From positions 2,931,277 to 2,995,276 of the forward strand of contig NZ_CP173258.1 in NCBI RefSeq assembly GCF_044905095.1: a stretch of 64,000 bases of DNA, written 5' to 3'. The notes beneath the pieces are model-generated. The model did not search any database. It saw only the letters and a program-made list of their open reading frames with translations, and was not told the DNA's origin. A program made the position numbers and the translations under genes. The stretch comes from Sphingomonas sp. MMS24-J13. GTDB lineage: Bacteria; Pseudomonadota; Alphaproteobacteria; Sphingomonadales; Sphingomonadaceae. Numbering within the stretch: position 1 is the first letter of the stretch; every line of letters starts with the position of its first letter. Shown here piece by piece: positions 1 to 8,729 of the stretch.

Positions 1-5
1 CTGCG

Positions 6-1117
6 ATGAGCCGCCATTTCCTTCTGGCCGCGCCCCTGTTGCTGGGCCTCGCCGGTTGCGCGGCATTGCCGGGCACCGGTCCCTCGGCATCGAGCATGCG
101 CAAGGCGCCCGATGTTCAGGTGGTCGACATCACGCCCGACGTCGCCTCCGCGGCGCGCGAGGTGGCGCTGGCGCAAGGCAAGGCCTCGCTCGACCACGCG
201 CTGGCCGCGTTGCGGGCGGCGCCGGCCGAGCCGGGGTTCCAGATCGCGCCGGGCGACGTGCTGGATGTGGCGATCTGGAGCTTTTCCCCTGGCCGGGCAC
301 CGGAAGCCCCCTGTCGGTCGCCAATCCGGGTACGATCCCGCTCGGCACCTTCCAGATCGGCGCCGATGGTGCGGTGCAACTGCCGTACGCGGGCCGCATC
401 GATCTGGCGGGGCTGAGCCCCGATCAGGCGCAGGCCACCATCTCGCATCGCTATGCGGCGCTGCGCATCCTCCAGCGGCCGACCGCGACGGTGAAGGTCA
501 CCGCCTCGCCGCGCCATGACGTGCTCGTCACCGGTGCGATCGGCCAGCCGCGCACGATCCCCTGGACGCCCGCCGGGCTGACGCTCGCACAGGCGGTGAC
601 CCAGTCGCTCGGCGACGGCAATGCTTTGCTCGGGCAGGGCGAGCTTTCGAAGGATCGCTCGGCGGTGCGCGTCGCGGTACTGCGCGGAGAGCAGGCGCCG
701 ATCGAATTGCCGGTCGTTAACGCGCTGGAGGAGCAGATCCCGCTCCATGCCGCCGACCGCATCGTCGTCAGCAAGGCGCCGGCGGTGAAGATCACGATGA
801 TGGGTGGCGGCACGCGCCGCGACGGCGTGATCGGCTTCGCGCAGCAGCCGGTGCTGACCGAGGCTTTGGCCGAGGCATCGGGCCTCGACGGCAACAGCGC
901 CAACGATCATGCCGTGTTCGTCCTGCGCCGCCAGAGCGGCAAGCGTCCGGTACTGTTCAACTTCGCGTGGAACCGCCCTGCCGGCATGATTGCCGCGCAG
1001 CAATTCCCTCTCGAGAATGGCGATCTGGTCTATGTTGCCGATGCCGCGATGGTCTCGGTCCAGAAGGTGATCGGGCTGCTGTTCCAGGTCACCCTGCCGG
1101 CGCAGGTGCTCCGCTAG
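6..1117 (+). pseudogene. Polysaccharide export outer-membrane lipoprotein (Wza/GumB-like: Poly_export + SLBB), apparent 1-nt frameshift near 285-300
   Basis: ORF 6..416 encodes a lipoprotein signal peptide (LLLGLAGC lipobox) and the Poly_export motif GDVLDVAIW. The protein continues in ORF 56..1117 (frame +2) through the SLBB-type region (IPLGTFQIGADGAVQLPYAGRIDLAGLSPDQAQ...). The frame switch lies in the run ttttcccctggccggg. Confidence 0.6.
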
Positions 1118-1389
1118 ACCATGGAGTTCTTCAATGCGTATCTTCGCCATCTTGGCCGCGGCATGGCTGGGCCGCAGCGGATTGCGAATTGGGCGGATCT
1201 TCGCGCCCGGCTCGATCGCGATGACCGACCCGGGGTGCAGCCGGCCCCTCACCGTATTTCGATTGCACCGCCTGTGTTGCGCCTGTCCTGGAAGGACAAT
1301 CTGCGTGAGGCGGTGCAGGCCGGCGGCGGGAACGCCCCCCCTCCCCGCCGCCGGCCGGATGGCAGCGCGTCGTCGAATATCGCCAGCGC

Positions 1390-3393
1390 GTGACCCTGGT
1401 GCTGACCGTCGCGGCGACGGCCGGTATCCTCTACCTTTCGAACCTGCTGCTGGTGGCGCAGCAGATGCCCGATCTGACGCGCCATATCTATCTGGTCGTC
1501 TACGGCATCATGACCTTCTTCCTCGCCGGGAATTTCTTCAAGCTGGTGCTGGGCACGTGGCATATGCTGCGCGGGGCCGAGGGCAATCCGTGGCATCCCG
1601 CGCGCACCGCCTGCGATCCGCCGGCCGATACGAAGGTCGCGATCCTGTTTCCGGTCTATCATGAGGAGGTCGATCGCGTCGCCGCCGGCATTGCCGCGAC
1701 ATGGGAATCGATCGCGCAGAAGCACCCGCGTTTTGCGCAGCATTTCGACGTCTTCCTGCTCTCCGACAGCCGCCAGCCGGAATATCGGGTCGTCGAGGAG
1801 GCTGCGGTTCACGCCTTACGCGAACTCTTCCCCGACGCGCGCTTCTTCTATCGCTGGCGGCCGACCAACCAGAACGCCAAGATGGGCAATGTCGCCGATT
1901 TCTGCCGGCGCTGGGGCGGCGATTACGATTACATGCTGGTGATGGACGCCGACAGCGTGATGGACGGCGATGCCGTCGTTACGTTGCTGCGGATGATGGC
2001 GGGCAATGACCGCCTCGGCATCCTCCAGACCAATCCCAAGCCCGTACTGCGCACCAGCCTGTTCGGGCGGATGCAGCAATTCGGCGCGCGCCTCTATGGC
2101 TCGGTTTTCTCCTATGGCTTGCAGGCCATGTACATGGGGAATGCGAGCTATATCGGGCACAACGCCATCATCCGGATGGCGCCGTTCGTGCGCCATTGCA
2201 TGCTGCCCGAACTGACCGGCCCCAAGCCGTGGGGCGGAAAACCGCTGAGCCACGACATCGTCGAATCCGCGATGATGGCGCGCGCGGGCTACGAAGTGTG
2301 GTTCCTCGCCGACATGGAGGGCAGCTATGAGGAGATGCCCGCCAACCTGCTCGCCTTCCTGATCCGCGAGCGGCGCTGGATGCAGGGCAATCTCCAGCAT
2401 CTGCGCTTCGTCTTCCTGCGCGGGCTGAGATCGATCCACCGCGAGACCTTCATCAACGGATCGATGGGCTATTTCGCGGCGCCTCTATGGGCGGTGTTCC
2501 TGGTCGTATCGGCCTACGGGATGCTCCATTTCCTGCGCTACGGCGTGCTCGCGCTCGGCAGTTTGCGCACGATCGAGATGCCGATGCTGATGCTGCTCAT
2601 CTCGAGCCTCGTCTTCCTGTTCATGCCGCGCGTGCTGGCGATCCTGATCCATATCCGCAGCGACAAGGCGCGCCTGTTCGGCGGCAAGGACAAGCTGATC
2701 TGGTCGGTGCTGCTGGAAACGCTCTTCTCGTTCTTCTTCTCACCGCTGATGATGGTCTACATCAGCCGCTTCCTGTGGATGTGGCTGAAGCGCAAGGGCA
2801 TCAGCTGGGGCACGCAGCAGCGCGGCGACGAGCCTTTGCCGTGGGACCAGTGCGTGCGCCATTTCGGCTGGATCAGCGCGATCGGCGTGGCCTGCCTGCT
2901 GGGCATGATCTACCAGATCACGCAGGTGCCCTGGACGCAGCAGGTGTTACTCTCCGCCATGTCGGGCGGGATGGTGCGACCGACCGACCTGATCCTGTGG
3001 TTCGCGCCGATCATCGGCGGTTTCACCGCGAGCATCTGGATCGCGCGGGTGACGAGCCTGACCTTCCCGTCAGTGGCACGGCGCAACCTGTTCGCGATCC
3101 CGGAAGAGATCGAGACGCCCGACGTGGTGAAGGCGCTGACGATGTGGGATGAGCATTTCCGCGCGATGTTGCCCGATGTCACCGATCCAACGCGCGCGAT
3201 CGCAGAGGTGTTGCGCGATCCGGGCTTCTACGTGCGCCACCGCCGCGAAACACGGGTGCGGCCGCGTGTGTGGGAGACGTTGGGGCGCAAGATCCAGACG
3301 GGGGTGCGACTGAAAGCAGCCGAGCTGCAACTGGCGCTGAGCGAACGGCGCTGTTTCGACGCGCTGCATGTGGCGAGTTTGGGAAAGATCTAA
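1390..3393 (+). CDS. opgH: Glucans biosynthesis glucosyltransferase H (OpgH/MdoH, GT2)
   Basis: GTG start. Motifs LLSDS, FCRRWGGDYDYMLVMDADSVM, ILQTNPKP and LIRERRWMQGNLQHL match MdoH. Multiple TM segments flank the catalytic domain. Confidence 0.85.
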   Translation: MTLVLTVAATAGILYLSNLLLVAQQMPDLTRHIYLVVYGIMTFFLAGNFFKLVLGTWHMLRGAEGNPWHPARTACDPPADTKVAILFPVYHEEVDRVAAGIAATWESIAQKHPRFAQHFDVFLLSDSRQPEYRVVEEAAVHALRELFPDARFFYRWRPTNQNAKMGNVADFCRRWGGDYDYMLVMDADSVMDGDAVVTLLRMMAGNDRLGILQTNPKPVLRTSLFGRMQQFGARLYGSVFSYGLQAMYMGNASYIGHNAIIRMAPFVRHCMLPELTGPKPWGGKPLSHDIVESAMMARAGYEVWFLADMEGSYEEMPANLLAFLIRERRWMQGNLQHLRFVFLRGLRSIHRETFINGSMGYFAAPLWAVFLVVSAYGMLHFLRYGVLALGSLRTIEMPMLMLLISSLVFLFMPRVLAILIHIRSDKARLFGGKDKLIWSVLLETLFSFFFSPLMMVYISRFLWMWLKRKGISWGTQQRGDEPLPWDQCVRHFGWISAIGVACLLGMIYQITQVPWTQQVLLSAMSGGMVRPTDLILWFAPIIGGFTASIWIARVTSLTFPSVARRNLFAIPEEIETPDVVKALTMWDEHFRAMLPDVTDPTRAIAEVLRDPGFYVRHRRETRVRPRVWETLGRKIQTGVRLKAAELQLALSERRCFDALHVASLGKI

Positions 3394-3396
3394 AAC

Positions 3397-3496
3397 GACC
3401 CGTCATTCCCGCGAAGGCGGGAGACGCGGTCCAGCGAAGCTAATCCATATTCTCAAAGGTTCGGAGTTTATGGATCCCGCCTCCGCGGGGATGACG
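3397..3496. repeat. Palindromic MITE/REP-like element, family A (TIR cgtcattcccgcg-aggcggga ... tcccgcct-cgcggg-atgacg, nested tccatat/atatgga)
   Basis: Nearly identical architecture and termini recur at 60258..60356. A half-copy lies at 35263..35293. It sits in a convergent intergenic gap. Confidence 0.7.
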
Positions 3497-3504
3497 TAGG
3501 AAAA

Positions 3505-5328
3505 TCAACCCGCCAACGCCTCTGGCCCGGACCGCGCCTGCGCCACCACGACCCGATCGCGCCCGGCGCGCTTGGCCTGGAGCAGGCACGCGTCGGCCGT
3601 CTGCACCAGCCGGTCGGAAGGGCAATGGTCCGGCGCGGTCGCAACTCCCAACGACGCCGCGACCGGCCCGAGCTCGCGCCCCTCGTGCCAGACCCGCAGG
3701 GCCGCAACACGCCGGCGGATCTCCTCGGCGCGATCGGCCGCATGCGCGGAATCGACCCCCGGCAACAGCACGAGGAACTCCTCGCCGCCGTGGCGGAAGG
3801 CGAGATCGCGATCGCGCACCAGTTGCTTGAGCACGGTCGCGACCGCCTGGATCACCTCGTCGCCGGCATCATGGCCATATTCGTCGTTGAAATGCTTGAA
3901 ATGATCGATGTCGAGCATGATCGCGCTGATCGATGCACCATCGCGATCGGCTTCGGCCAGTTCGGCCTTGAGCACGCTCTCCAGCCGCCGGCGATTGGCG
4001 AGCGCGGTCAGTGGATCGGCCAATGCCTGCCCGCGCAACGCGTCGCGCAGTTGCAGATTGTCGAGCGCCAGCCCGACGTTCTCCGCCAGCGTGCGCAGAT
4101 AAACTTCGGGCACGGGATCGGCGAGGCGACCGGCGAGACGCTCGAAATAGAGCAGGCCCAGCGTGCCATGCTGCGCAGCAAGCGGCATGCATATGCTGTC
4201 GGGCAAATCCGCGCCCTCGTGCACAATATGATCGCATGGGACATCGAGCCGGCTGCCCGCCGGACGATGCGGAATGCCCCGCCGCAGCCCCCAGCAGGCC
4301 AGAGGTGGGAATTCCGGTTTGGATGCGACCGGATCCAGCCAAGACGAGGCCTCGACCATCGCATTGCGGCTGCGATCGAACAGATAGAGCCGGCCGGCCA
4401 GCTGCGGCGCGATCTCGGGCACGAAGCGTTCGACCACATGGCGCAGATCGTCGGTCGTATCGCAGCTCTGCATCCGCTGCGTCATGCGCGAGAGCAGATC
4501 GCGCACCAGGCGATCGGCATCGCGCTCCTGTTCGAGCCGCTGACGCGCGAGGCCATTTTCGCGGAAGATGCGCAGCGCCTGCGACATGTCGCCGATCTCG
4601 TCGACCTGCTGGAGCATCGGCGGCTCGGCGGCATAATCCTGCGCTGCCAGCCGTGTCACCACATCGCTGAGCTTGATCACCGGGTGCAGCACGCGCCGAC
4701 GGAACACGAAATAGAGCACGAACAGAAAGAGCAGCCCGGTCACGGCCAGCAACGTCTCCGAAGCCCCGCGCCACAGCCGCGACGTGCCGATCGCAGCGTT
4801 GAGCGCCGTATCGGTGCGCTGGTCGATCCGGTCCTGAAAGCGCTCGACGCTGCTCTGGATACGATCGAGTTCGCGTTCATATTCCGGTGAGAACAGGATC
4901 GCGAGCGCATCGCCACGTTTTCCCTGCTGGAGCGCCGCGAGTGCCGTCTGCTGCTCGTCGCGTAGCGCATCGGCCCAGCGCATCGTTTCGTGCAGCATGC
5001 GCAGCTCTTCGGGGCTGGCGCCGGCATCGCGGATACGCGCCGTGCGCGCCTCGATCGCGCCCAGCAGACGCGCTTCGCGCCGGTAGGCAGCTAGGTCGGC
5101 CGGATTGCCGCTGATCACATATTGCCGCGCCAGCCCGCTCAGCTGCGCGACATCCTCGTCGATGGTCGAGGTCGCATGATCCAGCGTCTGGCGCTCGACC
5201 GCTACAGCCCGCTCGCGCTCCTGCGCCGAAGAGGCGGCAAGCATGGTCGCACCCGACGCTAACGTAAGCGCGACAGTGATGCCATAAGCCCAGTTGGTGA
5301 TCGTCGCCAAGCGCATGGCGGGCAGCAT
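3505..5328 (-). CDS. Membrane sensor diguanylate cyclase (2 TM + HAMP + sensory region + GGDEF)
   Basis: C-terminal GGDEF domain with RHGGEEF active-site motif. N-terminal TM, periplasmic helical region, second TM. Confidence 0.8.
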   Translation of the reverse strand: MLPAMRLATITNWAYGITVALTLASGATMLAASSAQERERAVAVERQTLDHATSTIDEDVAQLSGLARQYVISGNPADLAAYRREARLLGAIEARTARIRDAGASPEELRMLHETMRWADALRDEQQTALAALQQGKRGDALAILFSPEYERELDRIQSSVERFQDRIDQRTDTALNAAIGTSRLWRGASETLLAVTGLLFLFVLYFVFRRRVLHPVIKLSDVVTRLAAQDYAAEPPMLQQVDEIGDMSQALRIFRENGLARQRLEQERDADRLVRDLLSRMTQRMQSCDTTDDLRHVVERFVPEIAPQLAGRLYLFDRSRNAMVEASSWLDPVASKPEFPPLACWGLRRGIPHRPAGSRLDVPCDHIVHEGADLPDSICMPLAAQHGTLGLLYFERLAGRLADPVPEVYLRTLAENVGLALDNLQLRDALRGQALADPLTALANRRRLESVLKAELAEADRDGASISAIMLDIDHFKHFNDEYGHDAGDEVIQAVATVLKQLVRDRDLAFRHGGEEFLVLLPGVDSAHAADRAEEIRRRVAALRVWHEGRELGPVAASLGVATAPDHCPSDRLVQTADACLLQAKRAGRDRVVVAQARSGPEALAG

Positions 5329-5419
5329 AGCGACCCAATCGATGCCTATTGGTTAAGACGCGCCGGAGACTTACGCGCCCAGCCGCGTTGATGCCCCTGA
5401 AATCATCAGGAGCAACACC

Positions 5420-5896
5420 ATGGCCGATCAGACCGAACTCAAGCGCGACCTCTGGAAGCGGATGGCGAAGAGCCCCTTCCTGATGATCGGCCTCACCGAG
5501 GGCGGGCATAGCGAACCGTTGACCGCACAGCTCGACGAGGATCAGGTCGATACGATCTGGTTCTTCATCGGCAAGGATAATCGCCTCGCCAAGGGCGGCG
5601 CCGCGACAGCCGAATTCGTGTCCAAGGGCCACGATTATTTCGCGAGCCTGTCGGGCCGCGTACAGGTGCAGAACGACCGCGCGATGATCGACAAACTCTG
5701 GTCGCGCCCCGTCGAGGCATGGTTCCCGGGCGGCAAGGAGGACCCCAACCTCGCTCTGCTGCGCTTCGATATCGACGATGCCGAATTGTGGGAGGCGGAC
5801 ATGTCGATCGCCGGCAAGCTGAAGATGCTGTTCGGCGGGAAGATCGAACCGAGCGAGGAAGGCAGTCACGCGAAGGTCGCGACGACGGCGGGATAA
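5420..5896 (+). CDS. Pyridoxamine 5'-phosphate oxidase-like / general stress protein 26 family
   Basis: Sequence pattern (WFFIGKDNRLAKG ... VQVQNDRAMIDKLWSRPVEAWFPGGKEDPNLALL) is typical of the GSP26/PNPOx-like split-barrel family. Confidence 0.6.
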   Translation: MADQTELKRDLWKRMAKSPFLMIGLTEGGHSEPLTAQLDEDQVDTIWFFIGKDNRLAKGGAATAEFVSKGHDYFASLSGRVQVQNDRAMIDKLWSRPVEAWFPGGKEDPNLALLRFDIDDAELWEADMSIAGKLKMLFGGKIEPSEEGSHAKVATTAG

Positions 5897-6015
5897 AAAC
5901 TCCCTCTCCCGCTTGCGGGAGAGGGTCGGGGAGAGGGGCCGAAGTAGCGGTAAAAACCGAACATTTCGTCGAGGCGCGCGGCCCCTCCCCCAACCCCTCC
6001 CTAAAGGGAGGGATT
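5897..6015. terminator. GC-rich nested hairpin block (gggagaggg-type) between convergent genes; likely bidirectional intrinsic terminator / REP
   Basis: Three nested inverted repeats: ctccctctcccgc-ttgc-gggagagggt, ggggagaggggccg...cggcccctcccc, and ccctccctaaagggaggg. Confidence 0.5.
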
Positions 6016-6019
6016 TAGA

Positions 6020-6904
6020 TCAGCGCAGCTTCAACGTCATGCTCTGCTGCCGCCCGATGCCGTGCAATTCCACCCGATCGGCAAAGAAATCGAGCACGGC
6101 ATAGGCCGTCTCTTCGGTATCCAGCATCGCCTTCAGATTTACATAGTGGATGCCGTCGCGCAGCCCGTAATTGCCCTCGTGATTATGCCCGTCGAGCCAC
6201 ACCTTCACCGACGGGTGCCGCTCGAGCAGCGCGATCACATCGGGCGCGTTCCACAGATTGTGCGGGTTTTCCGGCCAGAGCGGGAAGTGGCTGAACAGCA
6301 TCACCTTGAGCCCGCGCCGATCCGCCTCGCTAAGCCGCGCGTCGATCCAGTCCATCTGCGCCTCATCGATCGCACCGTCCCAGAGAGGTTTATCGGGATA
6401 GTGCACAGCGTGCACCGCCATCGAATGCGCCAGCTCGGCGCTGCCCTGCGGCCAGGCGTAGGCGCTGAGCCCGTTGCCATCGGTGACGATGAACATCCAG
6501 CCATGGTTGACGAAGCGGTGATAGCGCGCCGGCATGCCGAGCCGGGCGGGCACCCTTGCCTTGTCGGCATCGTCGACCCCGAAATCATGATTGCCGAGCA
6601 CGAACCGCCACGGGTGCCGCAGCTTGCCGGCGATCGGCAGCAGCGCATCATAGCTCTTCATATCCTTGTCGATGAAATCGCCGAGATGAACCGCGAAGGC
6701 GAGCTTGCGCCGGTTGAAATCCGCCACCGCTGCCGCGAGCTTGCCCGGCGCGGTATGGTAGAGCCGCGGCGGTGCGTCCGGCTCGTCAGCATATTGGCAA
6801 TCGGCGATGGCGCCGATGCTGAACAAGGGTTGCTCCGCTAACGCGGGCACGGCGGCGAGGCCGGCGAAGGCCAGCAGCAGCTTCAGGATCGGGCGCATGA
6901 GCAT
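6020..6904 (-). CDS. Secreted calcineurin-like metallophosphoesterase
   Basis: N-terminal signal peptide. Metallophosphatase motifs GDFIDKD, GNHDF and GHNHEG. Confidence 0.7.
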   Translation of the reverse strand: MLMRPILKLLLAFAGLAAVPALAEQPLFSIGAIADCQYADEPDAPPRLYHTAPGKLAAAVADFNRRKLAFAVHLGDFIDKDMKSYDALLPIAGKLRHPWRFVLGNHDFGVDDADKARVPARLGMPARYHRFVNHGWMFIVTDGNGLSAYAWPQGSAELAHSMAVHAVHYPDKPLWDGAIDEAQMDWIDARLSEADRRGLKVMLFSHFPLWPENPHNLWNAPDVIALLERHPSVKVWLDGHNHEGNYGLRDGIHYVNLKAMLDTEETAYAVLDFFADRVELHGIGRQQSMTLKLR

Positions 6905-7079
6905 CCTTCGGGTTCGAATCGCGCGCGCCTTCCCACCCGCCGCCCGGCTTGACCAGTGGCCGTGTCACAGCAGCTTCACATAGCGCCCCTACCCCGCAAA
7001 AAAATTTCCGAATCAGGGGACGAAGGGTGGCCGGCAACGGAACGCTGCGACAGGCGGCGGCCCTCGTGGTGCCGTCGCG

Positions 7080-7622
7080 ATGACCGAATTTGCGCCGATC
7101 GTCGAGCGCCGCCGCATCGCGGCCGAGGACGCCGATCTGCGGCGCGCCTTGCAGCGCTTCGTCGAGGCGCGGCTGCGCGATCGCACCGACAGCGAGGATC
7201 TGGTGCAGGAGACCTACCTGCGCCTCTACGATTATCGCCGTACGCGATCGGTGGCGGATGTCGGCTCCTTCTGTTTCGCGATCGCGCGCAACCTGGTCCG
7301 CGATCATGTTCGTCGGCTGCGCGGCACGCCGGCGGCCGCGGAGCTATCGGAGGAGATCGTCTGCCCCGCCCCGCGCGCCGACGAGATCCTTGCCTATCGC
7401 GAACGCGTCGATGTGCTGACCCGCGCTCTGAAGGCGATGCCGGCGCTCCGGCGCGAGGTGTTCACCCGCCGCCGGCTCGACGGCATGCCGGTCGCGACGA
7501 TCGCGGCGGATCTGGACCTGAGCGTCGCCGCGGTGGAAAAGCATGTGGTGCGCGCGCTCGCCGATCTGCGCGCCGCGCTCGATCGCCGCGGGCTCGCGCT
7601 GGGAGCATCGAATGACCGCTGA
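7080..7622 (+). CDS. ECF-type RNA polymerase sigma factor (FecI-like)
   Basis: Sigma-70 region 2 (DLVQETYLRLY) and region 4 HTH. Overlaps the downstream FecR gene. Confidence 0.85.
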   Translation: MTEFAPIVERRRIAAEDADLRRALQRFVEARLRDRTDSEDLVQETYLRLYDYRRTRSVADVGSFCFAIARNLVRDHVRRLRGTPAAAELSEEIVCPAPRADEILAYRERVDVLTRALKAMPALRREVFTRRRLDGMPVATIAADLDLSVAAVEKHVVRALADLRAALDRRGLALGASNDR

Positions 7623-8484
7623 GCGCCCGATCGCCGCCGACGATGGCAAGGACCGCGATCCGCTGTTCGACGATCCGGCGCTGGCCGAAGCGCTCGCCGG
7701 CTGCGCGGCGGGTGGGCGGCTCAGCAACGGCGATATCCGTGCGATGCGGACCGCGCGACGGCGCGCGGTGGCTACCGCTGGCGCGACGACTTTGGCTTTG
7801 CTCGTCGGTACCGGGGCGTGGCTGGGCAGGTCCGCATGGGTTCCGACACCGCAGCCGATCGAATATGCGACCCAGCGAGGCGAGCAGCGCATCGTCACCC
7901 TTGCCGACGGATCGACCGTGCGCCTCAACGGCGCGACGCGGGTGGCAGTCCTGCTCGCGGGCGATCGGCGCGAAGTGCACCTGTCGCGCGGCGAGGCCTA
8001 TTTCGATGTGACCCACGATGCCGCCCGGCCGTTCACGGTCCGCGCCGGCACATCGGACGCGCGCGTTCTCGGCACCGCCTTCGATCTCGAATTGCGGCGC
8101 GATCAGGTCGAACTCGCCGTCTATCGCGGCGCGGTCCGCTTCGGCCCGAGCATGGCGAAGGGGACGACGGTGGTGGTGAAGGCCGGCTGGCGTTCACGCT
8201 TCGCCGCCGGCTATGCAGCGGCCCCGCGCGCGTTCGACGTCGCGCAGCAGGATTGGCGCTCGGGCTGGCTCGATACCGACGACATGAAGCTCGGCGATCT
8301 GGTCGACGAGCTCAACCGGCAGGGCGGCCCGCTGGTGATCGCGCCTCCTGCGAAGCTGGCCGATATGCCGATCTCGGGCCGCTTCCGCCTCGACGATCCG
8401 GGGCAATTGCTCGACGCGATCGGCGCCGCTTATGGGTTCTCGGTCAAGCGCGAGGATGGGAAGCTGCGGCTGGTGCAGTCGTAA
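7612..8484 (+). CDS. FecR-family anti-sigma factor / transmembrane sensor
   Basis: ATG overlaps the sigma stop codon. FecR domain (VTLADGSTVRLNGATRV...SRGEAYFDV...VLGTAFDLE). Confidence 0.8.
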   Translation: MTAERPIAADDGKDRDPLFDDPALAEALAGCAAGGRLSNGDIRAMRTARRRAVATAGATTLALLVGTGAWLGRSAWVPTPQPIEYATQRGEQRIVTLADGSTVRLNGATRVAVLLAGDRREVHLSRGEAYFDVTHDAARPFTVRAGTSDARVLGTAFDLELRRDQVELAVYRGAVRFGPSMAKGTTVVVKAGWRSRFAAGYAAAPRAFDVAQQDWRSGWLDTDDMKLGDLVDELNRQGGPLVIAPPAKLADMPISGRFRLDDPGQLLDAIGAAYGFSVKREDGKLRLVQS

Positions 8485-8507
8485 TCGAGGCGCGAAGGCG
8501 CGTCGCT

Positions 8508-8605
8508 CCACCCGTCACCCTGAACTTGTTTCAGGGTCCACCGTACGTACCGCACTGTCTGTGTAAATTGCCTGGTGGATGCTGAAACAAGTTCAGCATG
8601 ACGAA
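8508..8605. repeat. Large palindromic element, family C (arms gtcaccctgaacttgtttcagggtccacc / ggtggatgctgaaacaagttcagcatgac)
   Basis: Each arm is itself a hairpin (ctgaac-ttg-tttcag). The two arms are inverted repeats of each other separated by ~30 nt. It lies in the promoter region of the STN-TonB receptor. Confidence 0.55.
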
Positions 8606-8729
8606 GAAGGCAGTCACCAAAATGACGCAAAAGTGTCTGTGAGATTTAACAAAATTCTTTTGTCCTGATCCCAGACGCGCCTCCGTCTTCCCCGGCATGG
8701 CTGCCTGTGCGGCCGAGCGGAGGGACATC

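Noticed and set aside
1121-1393. Small ORFs in the 270-nt gap between the Wza-like gene and opgH
   Set aside because: Pro/Arg-rich, no RBS, and overlapping one another in different frames. The gap is more likely the opgH promoter and leader.
3625-4890. 421-aa plus-strand ORF antisense to the GGDEF gene
   Set aside because: GC-driven antisense ORF. The minus-strand product has a canonical GGEEF domain.
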